Shown here piece after piece: positions 52,351 to 63,242 of a stretch of DNA of 64,000 nt (position 1 is its first letter; each line of letters begins with the position of its first letter). Position numbers and translations under genes: made by a program. Origin of the DNA: Laetmonice hystrix. Its lineage: Eukaryota. The stretch covers positions 15,004,001 through 15,068,000 of the forward strand of contig OZ249447.1 of NCBI GenBank assembly GCA_965235115.1, given 5' to 3'. The notes under the pieces are model-generated. The model did no database searches. It saw only the letters and a list, made by a program, of their open reading frames with translations, and had not been told where the DNA came from.

Positions 52351-54394
52351 AGACGCTGAACGTCTGCGTGTGATCGTCTCAACGTCTCAACGGGCTTAAT
52401 TCCCTTCCTCGCGTGGGAAGCCCGAGGCACCGATCCCGAGACATTATCATTTCGACCCAGTGATCGGTGCCTACGCTGTACGCCACCCGCTGTGCGTGAT
52501 TGGGCGTATCAGCGTATTCAGACTGGTCAGGTGGGTGCGTAGGTCGAGGATCCATGACCTTACGCTTACCCACCTAGTCCTGCACGGGACTGACCAGCTG
52601 ATTGAGACGTGACGTCACACCCTTAGCCACCACGGTGGGCGGGTGACACGCTTCATTGCCTGGAGCAAGCACAGTGTGCACCCCGGCTCACTGCTGACCG
52701 TTCCGCCTGGTCAGACAAGGCCAAAGGAAAACTTGTCGGTCAACATGGCCTCGCTTACCTGGACTAACAGAGGCCGACAAGGAGTGTACCTGGCCCTTAG
52801 AATAACTAAGGGAACATGCTGAATAACTTCTACCACACAAGGAGGTAGTGCGTCTACCTATACTGGTAGACTACAAACAACAAATAGACAGGAATGACCA
52901 AAGGGAATACAGAACTATAAGGAAAAAACCACGGTACTCACGAAGACGTCCTGCGGTAGCAGTGGTCATTTCAAATCTGACTACTAGGTCACATGGACAC
53001 TAGGGGGCGCACGATCCAGCGGATCTCCGCTAGAGGGAGCCATACACCGAATATGTTAGATAGACAGGAGTTCTGGTGGAACTCATTCTTGTTTCACTTA
53101 GAACACTTTTATTAAATTTTTTGACCATTGGGAATCGAGAAACTGTAAGTCTCTCATATGTTATGAGGTAAGTAGAAGCGTATGTAATTAACCAAGCCCA
53201 CCCGTACCCATCCCAGTCGGCAACTGAAGTGATGGCCAAGACAGGAGGGATCCGAGCTGAGCAGGTCAGGAAGTGGTTCGCCAACAAGCGCAAGAGATCT
53301 GGATACACCAAGAAGTTCGACGTCTCTGGCAAGCCCCGCTGCAGCACAACTGTACCGAGTGATCATCTACTGCTCACCACAGCCGCCCGCGACTGAACAC
53401 GTCTGCTTTATGGGCATGAACTGGCGATTGCTGTGATTTACCATGACTGTCTATAATGTGTAATAATGTGTAATCTACATGTATTATATCTTGTACATGT
53501 ATCACCAAGGTGATATATCAGATGTATATACTGTACATAGCAATAAAATAAAAATCCATTCTAATTTACATCCTCTGGTCGATCTATTCCTGTATATTTT
53601 CAATTTTCCTTTAGTTGTTTTTCCTCGACAACCTATCATTCGTTATTTTAAATTTACAATCTCAAAACATCCTTTCAAGTCAAATATTACTCGTCAATCA
53701 CGATTTATATTCAGAGGATTGCTCGTAATCTTTCTGAAGGCGAAAAGGAGTTCTTCGTAGCGCCACCTGTTGGTTACAGATTATCAAACTTTGAGCAGAA
53801 TAGAGGCACGTTCAAAGCGCAACCTAGTGGAATCATTCCAAGACCAACTCAATAATTTTGATAGTTTCAGCAGGTCAAAAATTAACTTTTAATTTTCCTT
53901 TGAAATTTTTCTATTAGGCCCCTACTCTTTTTACCTAGGTCCAAAAGAGTTATAATATATTAATAATATACACGTATTTCCTGTCCTAGTTACCCACGAT
54001 GCTATCTCAGCTATATGGTGTATAACATACGTTTCATGTTTTTTATCATAATAAATACTGGTCATATCCCAAAGAAGTCTCCCGAGTTGGTCCTCTGACA
54101 AAGTGTCTCTTCGTCTTGAACTCGTCCCCTGGTCAAGTCAGCAGCACTGAATCCTATTCTCGGTTGGTTACGGACAACATAATCTTCATGTGCAGTTATC
54201 AGTGCCCTCTGGGGGTTCTTGAAGATACTGTATTAACACCACCTGGTGACTACTTTGAACACTTCATTCTCCCGTCTTCCCCCTTTCCGACCGCATGCTG
54301 TGTTGACAAATGACCAATTTTTCCCATCGAATAGGAATCCCTTAGAAGTTTTTTCTATCAACACTGCCCTGTAAGACTCTGCCACGAAACAACG

Positions 54395-55085
54395 TGTTAA
54401 GTTTCCTTTTGTTGTAGGCTCTCACAAACCAATCGGGTGCGACTCTCTCTCTCTGTGATGTACCTCTCAGCATGAGAGGTGTTACCGACTCTGTCTTAAT
54501 GACTCTTATAATGTAGTACGGTGTTAATGTACCTTTTGAAGTAAGACCTCAACAACAAGTAAGATCTGAGCCTCTCACTTTGAAGTCAGGCTCTAATAGC
54601 CAGGAATGTGTGACCGACTCTGTCCTGTGTGACTCTACCACCTAGTGAGGTGTTAGATTTCTTTTTGAAGTAGGGTCTCACCAACCAGTAAGGTGTCCCT
54701 TTGTCCCTTTGAAGTTAGCCCTATCATCCAGTAAGGTGCTACCGACTCTGTCCTGTGTGACTCTACCACCTAGTGAGGTGTTAGATTTCCCTTTGAAGTA
54801 GGGTCTCACAAAGCAGGAAGGTGTCACATTGTCTCTTTGAAGTTAGCTCTATCATCCAGTAAGGTGTTACCGCGTCACTTTACTATCCAGTAAGGTGTCA
54901 AGTTACCATTTGAAGTAGAGTCTCGCCAACCGGTAAGGTGTGACTCAGTTCTTTTGATGTTACTGTTTTTCAAAGAACAATGTGTTACAAGCTCAGCGCT
55001 TTTATCTGAGATCAAAGTGCAGCTCGAAGAGAGCCAATCAAGGTATGCCTTGCGCACCTCCCGCCAGTATCAGTATAAATAGAGG
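54395..55085 (+). promoter_or_regulatory. Type-B promoter, long form with internal ~128-bp duplication (B3)
   Basis: ACCGACTCTGTCCTGTG...CCAGTAAGGTG block present twice; TATAAATA 55074-55081. Confidence 0.65.
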
Positions 55086-55169
55086 CCCTCATTCAGCGAG
55101 CAGGTCATACCATCCTTACTGCTCACCGTGACCACATCAAGCTCTCATCCACAAAACGACACCGTGAAG

Positions 55170-55997
55170 ATGGCGACCACTGAGCTGACTTTCCACGACC
55201 TTCTCGACATGCTGCCCTTAGCCTGCAGCAGTCCATGCCCTCAGCCTCCAGACAGTCCCCTGTCTCAGCACCTGCACACCGACGCTAACCCGACCTTCCA
55301 CGATCTTCAGACTGCCATCCGCAGTGCCTGCCAACAGACGTCTCTCCCGTTCACCCTGATGTCCACCCCGGCCACCTTCCCAGTGCCCTTCCAGATCCGA
55401 GCCGCCAGCCTTCAGACCAGGTTCACTACGGCACTCACAGTCACTGACAGTCCAGAGCTGGGCCAGCTTCGTGTCTTCTACGACCAGCAGGTGTCCCACA
55501 TCGAGATGGAGCGCAACCACAGTCTACAGCTGTCCGCCAAGTTACCATGGTTGTTCTTCACCATCAACAGTTACTACGACAACCTCCAGCATCAACTTGT
55601 CAGCCGCGTCGAGAGCAGCCTCAACTTCCTCTTTTCCTACCGCCAGCAGCCATACCAACCCAAGGCCAGCCAACATGTCTCTACACCTTGCAAGCAAAAG
55701 GTTCCGGTCAGGAAGCCCAAGTCCCCTTCCCTCAACCCGACTGCGGTCAAGATCATGAGCCTGTGGTACAAACGTAACCAAGCCCACCCGTACCCATCCC
55801 AGTCGGCAACTGAAGTGATGGCCAAGACAGGAGGGATCCGAGCTGAGCAGGTCAGGAAATGGTTCGCCAACAAGCGCAAGAGATCTGGATACACCAAGAA
55901 GTTCGACGTCTCCGGCAAGCCCCGCTGCAGCACAACTGTACCGAGTGATCCTCACCACAGCCACCCGGGAGTGAACACGTCTGGTTTATGGGCATGA
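55170..55997 (+). CDS. TALE homeobox type B copy 3 (275 aa; C-terminal tail frameshifted after the homeodomain)
   Basis: Homeodomain intact; an 8-nt deletion (ATCTACTG) between 55950 and 55951 changes the tail to PHHSHPGVNTSGLWA*. Confidence 0.85.
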   Translation: MATTELTFHDLLDMLPLACSSPCPQPPDSPLSQHLHTDANPTFHDLQTAIRSACQQTSLPFTLMSTPATFPVPFQIRAASLQTRFTTALTVTDSPELGQLRVFYDQQVSHIEMERNHSLQLSAKLPWLFFTINSYYDNLQHQLVSRVESSLNFLFSYRQQPYQPKASQHVSTPCKQKVPVRKPKSPSLNPTAVKIMSLWYKRNQAHPYPSQSATEVMAKTGGIRAEQVRKWFANKRKRSGYTKKFDVSGKPRCSTTVPSDPHHSHPGVNTSGLWA

Positions 55998-56975
55998 ACT
56001 GGCGATTGCTGTAATTTACCATGACTGTCTATAATGTGTAAAAATGTGTAATTTACATGTATTATATGTATTATATCTTGTACATGTATCACCAAGGTGC
56101 TATATCAGATGTATATACTGTACATAGCAATAAAATAAAAATCCATTCTAATTTACATCCTCTGGTCGATCTGTTCCTGTATATTTTCAATTTTCATTTC
56201 GTTGTTTTTCCTCGACAACCTATCATTCGTTATTTAAAATTTACAATCTCAAAAAATCCTTTCAAGTCATATATTACTCGTCAATCACGATTTATATTCA
56301 GATTGCTCGTAATCTTCCTGAAGGCGAAAAGGAGTTCTTCGTAGCGCCATCTGTTGGTTACAGATTTTCAAACTTTGAGCAGAATAGAGGCATGTTCAAA
56401 GCGCCACCTAGTGAAATCATTCCAAGACCAACTCAATAATTTTTATGGTTTCAGCGGGTCAAAAATCAACTTTTAATTTTCCTTTGAAATTTTTCTAATA
56501 CTCTTTTCACCAAGGTCCAAGAGAGTTATAATATATTAATATACACGTATTTCTTGTCCCAGTTACCCACGATGCTATCTCAGCTATATATGTGTATAAC
56601 GTACGTTTCATGTTTTTTATCATAATAAATACTGGTCATATCCCAAAGAAGTCTCCCGAGTTGGTCCTCTGACAAAGTGTCTCTTCGTCTTGAACTCGTC
56701 CCCTGGTCAAGTCAGCAGCACCGAATCCTATTCTCGGTTGGTTACGGACAACATATTCTTCATGTGCAGTTATCAGTGCCCTTCTGGGGGTTCTTGAAGA
56801 TAATGTATTAACACCACCTGGTGACTACTTTGAACACTTCATTCTCCCGTCTTCCCCCTTTCCGACCGCATGCTGTGTTGACAAATGACCAATTTTTTCC
56901 ATCGAATAGAAATCCCTTAGAAGTTTTCTCTATCAACACTGCCCTGTAACACTCTGCCACGAAACAACGTGTTAA

Positions 56976-58092
56976 AGCGATCCGAAACCTCCACAAGCAA
57001 TAGGGCCCATGGATAACCATGGTATAGTGCCTTTTACCTGCCACCATCTAATTCCCACAAAGTCTGTGTGTTAAAAGTAATCCCCGATAGAAACTGACAG
57101 TTGACCGTTTGCCTACTGCGGCCATTTTGCACCAGACACTGCTGTGAGACCTTAAGAAAATGGCGTGCCTAGAGCCTACCCCATTCCCAATCACTGTGTT
57201 GGTCAACCATCTTCACCGACACTATGTACAATAATGGTTACTGGTGAACTCGGACCATGGTTATCTCGGACCATGTCGATTACATGACTTCATGTCCCCT
57301 TCATGCGTGCCCTGTCCCAGGCTCCATGCCTCACTCACCCCGACACCCGAGTCAGGTGGTCAAGTCAACAACGGGGCAGCACGGTGCTCCCGACGGGCGT
57401 GCACTGGTGGTTGGACGGGGCCAGACATGCCAATTTGGTCGATCGACAACATAGTGAAAAATCTCTTACCGGGCGCTTAAACGAACAGAAACTCGTCGCA
57501 ATACCCTCCAACGCAGGAAATGATGGCTGAAAGCTATTATTTATACGGAGAATTGTCAACTGGGGAATGAAATGTACACTGGTCGGGTCATGGATGGAGT
57601 CTGACACAGTAGTGACAGACTACGCGGCAGTCTACGGCCGGGGACATGGCGTGCACTGGAGCCTCGGGCTACCGTTCAGCACACCCAGGCATATCTTCAC
57701 GAAGTATCAGCACCAAGTCAGTGGTGTGGTTAGACCTGCTGATCGGTCTCCTAGTACTATGACACGGATAATCTTACTCGCAGCTCTCAGTCTAGACTCT
57801 GACTACCTTGTTTCCTCACCCGATCTGACAGCTGGTCGAAACTCGCGGCTCTGGCGACGTCACACTTCCGGGTGACCTGACTGTTTTTGATTGGCTGAAT
57901 CAATCTCCCATGTGATAATGTGATGTAAAATGGCGCCGAGTTCATTTCTCGGCTAGAGGTACGGTACTCGTAGTTTAAGGTTGGCATTCTCGTTTATGTG
58001 AAACCTATTGACCTGCATTTATTGCTGATGTTATTCTTTATTGTATAAGGCATATGGGAAGGTATAAGGTAGCTGGATTGTTGCATTTGGCT
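56976..58092. mobile_element. 1.1-kb non-coding insertion with TTAA target duplication (Kolobok- or piggyBac-like non-autonomous element)
   Basis: Other units read GTGTTAAGTTTCC; here TTAA is duplicated at 56972-56975 and 58093-58096. The ends AGC.../...GCT fit a Kolobok-like RR start better than the piggyBac CC start; TIRs are poor. Confidence 0.75.
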
Positions 58093-58655
58093 TTAAGTTT
58101 CCTTTTGTTGTAGGCTCTCACAAACCAATCGGGTGCGACTCTCTCTCTCTGTGATGTACCTCTCAGCATGAGAGGTGTTACCGACTCTGTCTTAATGACT
58201 CTTATAATGTAGTACGGTGTTAATGTACCTTTTGAAGTAAGACCTCAACAACAAGTAAGATCTGAGCCTCTCACTTTGAAGTCAGGCTCTAATAGCCAGG
58301 AATGTGTGACCGACTCTGTCCTGTGTGACTCTACCTCCTAGTAGGTGTTAGATTTCCTTTTGAAGTAGGGTCTCACAAAGCAGGAAGGTGTCACATTGTC
58401 CCTTTGAAGTTAGCTCTATCATCCAGTAAGGTGTTACCGCGTCACTTTATTATCCAGTAAGGTGTCAAGTTACCATTTGAAGTAGAGTCTCACCAACCGG
58501 TAAGGTGTGACTCAGTTCTTTTGATGTTACTGTTTTTCAAAGAACAATGTGTTACAAGCTCAGCGCTTTTATCTGAGATCAAAGTGCAGCTCAAAGAGAG
58601 CCAATCAAGGTATGCCTTGCACACCTCCCGCCAGTATCAGTATAAATAGAGGCCC
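58093..58655 (+). promoter_or_regulatory. Type-B promoter, short form (B4)
   Basis: 6 AGGTGT and 5 TTTGAAGT counted by eye, plus TTCAAAG, AGATCAAAG, CCAAT and TATAAATA 58641-58648. Confidence 0.65.
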
Positions 58656-58736
58656 TCATTCAGCGAGCAGGTCATACCATCCTTACTGCTCACCGTGACC
58701 ACATCAAGCTCTCATCCACAAAACGACACCGTGAAG

Positions 58737-59549
58737 ATGGCGACCACTGAGCTGACTTTCCACGACTTTCTCGACATGCTGCCCTTACCCTGCAGTAGTC
58801 CATGCCCTCAGCCTCCAGACAGTCCCCTGTCTCAGCACCAGCACACCGACGCTAACCCGACCTTCCACGATCTACAGACTGCCGTCAACAGTGCCTGCCA
58901 ACAGACGTCTCTCCCGTTCACCCTGATGTCCACCCCAGCCAGCTTCCCAGTGCCCTTCCAGATCCGAGCTGCCAGCCTTCAGACTAGGTTCACTACGGCA
59001 CTCACAGTCACTGACAGTCCAGAGCTGGGCCAGCTTCGTGTCTTCTACGACCAGCAGGTGTCCCACATCGAGATGGAGCGCAACCACAGTCTACAGCTGT
59101 CCGCCAAGTTACCATGGTTGTTCTTCACCATCAACAGTTACTACGACAACCTCCAGCATCAGCTTGTCAGCCGCGTCGAGAGCAGCCTCAACCTCCTCTT
59201 CTCCTACCGCCAGCAGCCAGACCAGCCCAAGGCCAGCCAACATGTCTCCACACCTTGCAAGCAAAAGGTTCCGGTCAGGAAGCCCAAGTCTCCTTCCCTC
59301 AACCCGACTGCTGTCAAGATCATGAGCCTGTGGTACAAGCGTAACCAAGCCCACCCGTACCCATCCCAGTCGGCAACTGAAGTGATGGCCAAGACAGGAG
59401 GGATCCGAGCTGAGCAGGTCAGGAAGTGGTTCGCCAACAAGCGCAAGAGATCTGGATACACCAAGAAGTTCGACGTCTCTGGCAAGCCCCGCTGCAGCAC
59501 AACTGTGCCGAGTGACCATCTACTGCTCACCACATCCAGCCGGGAGTGA
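58737..59549 (+). CDS. TALE homeobox type B copy 4 (intronless, 270 aa)
   Basis: Intact ORF nearly identical to B1; same homeodomain. Confidence 0.9.
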   Translation: MATTELTFHDFLDMLPLPCSSPCPQPPDSPLSQHQHTDANPTFHDLQTAVNSACQQTSLPFTLMSTPASFPVPFQIRAASLQTRFTTALTVTDSPELGQLRVFYDQQVSHIEMERNHSLQLSAKLPWLFFTINSYYDNLQHQLVSRVESSLNLLFSYRQQPDQPKASQHVSTPCKQKVPVRKPKSPSLNPTAVKIMSLWYKRNQAHPYPSQSATEVMAKTGGIRAEQVRKWFANKRKRSGYTKKFDVSGKPRCSTTVPSDHLLLTTSSRE

Positions 59550-60559
59550 ACACGTCTGTTTTATGGGCATGAACTGGCGATTGCTGTGATTTACCATTAC
59601 TGTCTATAATGTGTAAAAATGTGTAATCTACATGTATTATATGTATTATATCTTGTACATGTATCACCAAGGTGCTATATCAGATGTATATACTGTACAT
59701 AGCAATAAAATAAAAATCCATTCTAATTTACATCCCCTGGTCGATATATTCGTGTATATTTTCAATTTTCCTTTAGTTGTTTTTCCTCGACAACCTATCA
59801 TTCGTTATTTAAAATTTACAATCTCAAAACATCCTTTCAAGTCAAATATTACTCGTCAATCACGATTGATATTCAGAGGATTGCTCGTAATCTTTCTGAA
59901 GGCGAAAAGGAGTTCTTCGTAGCGCCACCTGTTGGTTACAGATTTTCAAACTTTGAGCAGAATAGAGGCACGTTCAAAGCGCAACCTAGTGGAATCATTC
60001 CAAGACCAACTCAATAATTTTGATAGTTTCAGCAGGTCAAAAATTAACTTTTAATTTTCCTTTGAAATTTTTCTATTAGGCCCCTACTCTTTTTACCTAG
60101 GTCCAAAAGAGTTATAATATATTAATAATATACACGTATTTCCTGTCCCAGTTACCCACGATGCTATCTCAGCTATATGGTGTATAACGTACGTTTCATG
60201 TTTTTTATCATAATAAATACTGGTCATATCCCAAAGAAGTCTCCCGAGTTGGCCCTCTGACAAAGTGTCTCTTCGTCTTGAACTCGTCCCCTGGTCAAGT
60301 CAGCAGCACCGAATCCTATTCTCGGTTGGTTACGGACAACATAATCTTCATGTGCAGTTATCAGTGCCCTCTGGGGGTTCTTGAAGATACTGTATTAACA
60401 CCACCTGGTGACTACTTTGAACACTTCATTCTCCCGTCTTCCCCCTTTCCGACCGCATGCTGTGTTGACTAATGACCAATTTTTTCCATCGAATAGAAAT
60501 CCCTTAGAAGTTTTCTCTATCAACACTGCCCTGTAAGACTCTGCCACGAAACAACGTGT

Positions 60560-61245
60560 TAAGTTTCCTTTTGTTGTAGGCTCTCACAAACCAATCGGGT
60601 GCGACTCTCTCTCTCTGTGATGTACCTCTCAGCATGAGAGGTGTTACCGACTCTGTCTTCATGGCTCTTATAATGTAGTACGGTGTTAATGTACCTTTTG
60701 AAGTAAGACCTCAACAACAAGTAAGATCTGAGCCTCTCACTTTGAAGTCAGGCTCTAATAGCCAGGAATGTGTGACCGACTCTGTCCTGTGTGACTCTAC
60801 CACCTAGTGAGGTGTTAGATTTCTTTTTGAAGTAGGGTCTCACCAACCAGTAAGGTGTCCCTTTGTCCCTTTGAAGTTAGCCCTATCATCCAGTAAGGTG
60901 CTACCGACTCTGTCCTGTGTGACTCTACCACCTAGTGAGGTGTTAGATTTCCCTTTGAAGTAGGGTCTCACAAAGCAGGAAGGTGTCACATTGTCCCTTT
61001 GAAGTTAGCTCTATCATCCAGTAAGGTGTTACCGCGTCACTTTATTATCCAGTAAGGTGTCAAGTTACCATTTGAAGTAGAGTCTCACCAACCGGTAAGG
61101 TGTGACTCAGTTCTTTTGATGTTACTGTTTTTCAAAGAACAATGTGTTACAAGCTCAGCGCTTTTATCTGAGATCAAAGTGCAGCTCAAAGAGAGCCAAT
61201 CAAGGTATGCCTTGCGCACCTCCCGCCAGTATCAGTATAAATAGA
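60560..61245 (+). promoter_or_regulatory. Type-B promoter, long form (B5)
   Basis: 8 AGGTGT and 7 TTTGAAGT counted by eye; duplication period 128 bp (60775 vs 60903); TATAAATA 61236-61243. Confidence 0.65.
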
Positions 61246-61331
61246 GGCCCTCATTCAGCGAGCAGGTCATACCATCCTTACTGCTCACCGTGACCACATC
61301 AAGCTCTCATCCACAAAACGACACCGTGAAG

Positions 61332-62144
61332 ATGGCGACCACTGAGCTGACTTTCCACGACTTTCTCGACATGCTGCCCTTACCCTGCAGTAGTCCATGC
61401 CCTCAGCCTCCAGACAGTCCCCTGTCTCAGCACCACCATACCGACGCTAACCCGACCTTCCACGATCTACAGACTGCCGTCAACAGTGCCTGCCAGCAGA
61501 CGTCTCTCCCGTTCACCCTGATGTCCACCCCGGCCACCTTCCCAGTGCCCTTCCAGATCCGAGCCGCCAGCCTTCAGACCAGGTTCACTACGGCACTCAC
61601 AGTCACTGACAGTCCAGAGCTGGGCCAGCTTCGTGTCTTCTACGACCAGCAGGTGTCCCACATCGAGATGGAGCGCAACCACAGTCTACAGCTGTCCGCC
61701 AAGTTACCATGGTTGTTCTTCACCATCAACAGTTACTACGACAACCTCCAGCATCAGCTTGTCAGCCGCGTCGAGAGCAGCCTCAACCTCCTCTTCTCCT
61801 ACCGCCAGCAGTCGGACCAACCCAAGGCCAGCCAACATGTCTCCACACCTTGCAAGCACAAGGTCCCGGTCAGGAAGCCCAAGTCTCCTTCCCTCAACCC
61901 GACTGCTGTCAAGATCATGAGCCTGTGGTACAAGCGTAACCAAGCCCACCCGTACCCATCCCAGTCGGCAACTGAAGTGATGGCCAAGACAGGAGGGATC
62001 CGAGCTGAGCAGGTCAGGAAGTGGTTCGCCAACAAGCGCAAGAGATCTGGATACACCAAGAAGTTCGACGTCTCCGGCAAGCCCCGCTGCAGCACAACTG
62101 TACCGAGTGATCATCTACTGCTCACCACAGCCGCCCGCGACTGA
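61332..62144 (+). CDS. TALE homeobox type B copy 5 (intronless, 270 aa)
   Basis: Intact ORF; same homeodomain. Confidence 0.9.
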   Translation: MATTELTFHDFLDMLPLPCSSPCPQPPDSPLSQHHHTDANPTFHDLQTAVNSACQQTSLPFTLMSTPATFPVPFQIRAASLQTRFTTALTVTDSPELGQLRVFYDQQVSHIEMERNHSLQLSAKLPWLFFTINSYYDNLQHQLVSRVESSLNLLFSYRQQSDQPKASQHVSTPCKHKVPVRKPKSPSLNPTAVKIMSLWYKRNQAHPYPSQSATEVMAKTGGIRAEQVRKWFANKRKRSGYTKKFDVSGKPRCSTTVPSDHLLLTTAARD

Positions 62145-63242
62145 ACACGTCTGCTTTATGGGCATGAACTGGCGATTGCTGTGATTTACCATGACTGTCT
62201 ATAATGTGTAAAAATGTGTAATCTACATGTATTATATGTATTATATCTTGTACATGTATCACCAAGGTGCTATATCAGATGTATATACTGTACATAGCAA
62301 TAAAATAAAAATCCATTCTAATTTACATCCTCTGGTCGATCTATTCCTGTATATTTTTAATTTTCCTTTAGTTGTTTTTCCTCGACAACCTATCATTCGT
62401 TATTTAAAATTTACAATCTCAAAAAATCCTTTCAAGTCAAATATTACTCGTCAATCACGATTTATATTCAGAGGATTGCTCGTAATCTTTCTGAAGGCGA
62501 AAAGGAGTTCTTCGTAGCGCCACCTGTTGGTTACAGATTTTCAAACTTTGAGCAGAATAGAGGCACGTTCAAAGCGCAACCTAGTGGAATCATTCCAAGA
62601 CCAACTCAATAATTTTGATAGTTTCAGCAGGTCAAAAATTAACTTTTAATTTTCCTTTGAAATTTTTCTATTAGGCCCCTACTCTTTTTACCTAGGTCCA
62701 AAAGAGTTATAATATATTAATAATATACACGTATTTCCTGTCCTAGTTACCCACGATGCTATCTCAGCTATATGGTGTATAACGTACGTTTCATGTTTTT
62801 TATCATAATAAATACTGGTCATATCCCAAAGAAGTCTCCCGAGTTGGTCCTCTGACAAAGTGTCTCTTCGTCTTGAACTCGTCCCCTGGTCAAGTCAGCA
62901 GCACCGAATCCTATTCTCGGTTGGTTACGGACAACATAATCTTCATGTGCAGTTATCAGTGCCCTCTGGGGGTTCTTGAAGATACTGTATTAACACCACC
63001 TGGTGACTACTTTGAACACTTCATTCTCCCGTCTTCCCCCTTTCCGACCGCATGCTGTGTTGACAAATGACCAATTTTTCCCATCGAATAGGAATCCTTT
63101 AGAAGTTTTCTCTATCAACACTGCCCTGTAAGACTCTGCCACGAAACAACGTGTTAAGTTTCCTTTTGTTGTAGGCTCTCACAAACCAATCGGGTGCGAC
63201 TCTCTCTCTCTGTGATGTACCTCTCAGCATGAGAGGTGTTAC

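Larger units (their letters stand above)
46906..53194 (-). mobile_element. DIRS-like tyrosine-recombinase retrotransposon with decayed ORFs (~6.28 kb)
   Basis: Inverted terminal repeats ~46952-47164 and ~52961-53174. The internal complementary region 47191-47291 is complementary to the joined right and left ends. Minus-strand remnants: YR C-terminus EVRAISASLAPINGVTFAEFLEAAFWLSDTTF (47561-47779), RT motifs FQLVVLPFG (ORF 49380-49736) and LGWRINLVK (~49474-49503), and an S/R-rich gag-like region 51400-52570. TAACCA is present at both junctions. Confidence 0.88.
46301..53396 (+). pseudogene. Type B copy 2 pseudogene: nonsense at codon 17 and split in the homeobox by a DIRS element
   Basis: TTA>TAA at 46349-46351. 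The sequence follows its paralogues to WYKRN (46911) and resumes as QAHPYPS...AARD* at ~53191-53396. Confidence 0.92.

Noticed and set aside
38127-62114. Many antisense and alternative-frame ORFs overlapping the homeobox genes
   Set aside because: These are shadow ORFs of GC-rich coding sequence; they recur only because the units are recent duplicates.
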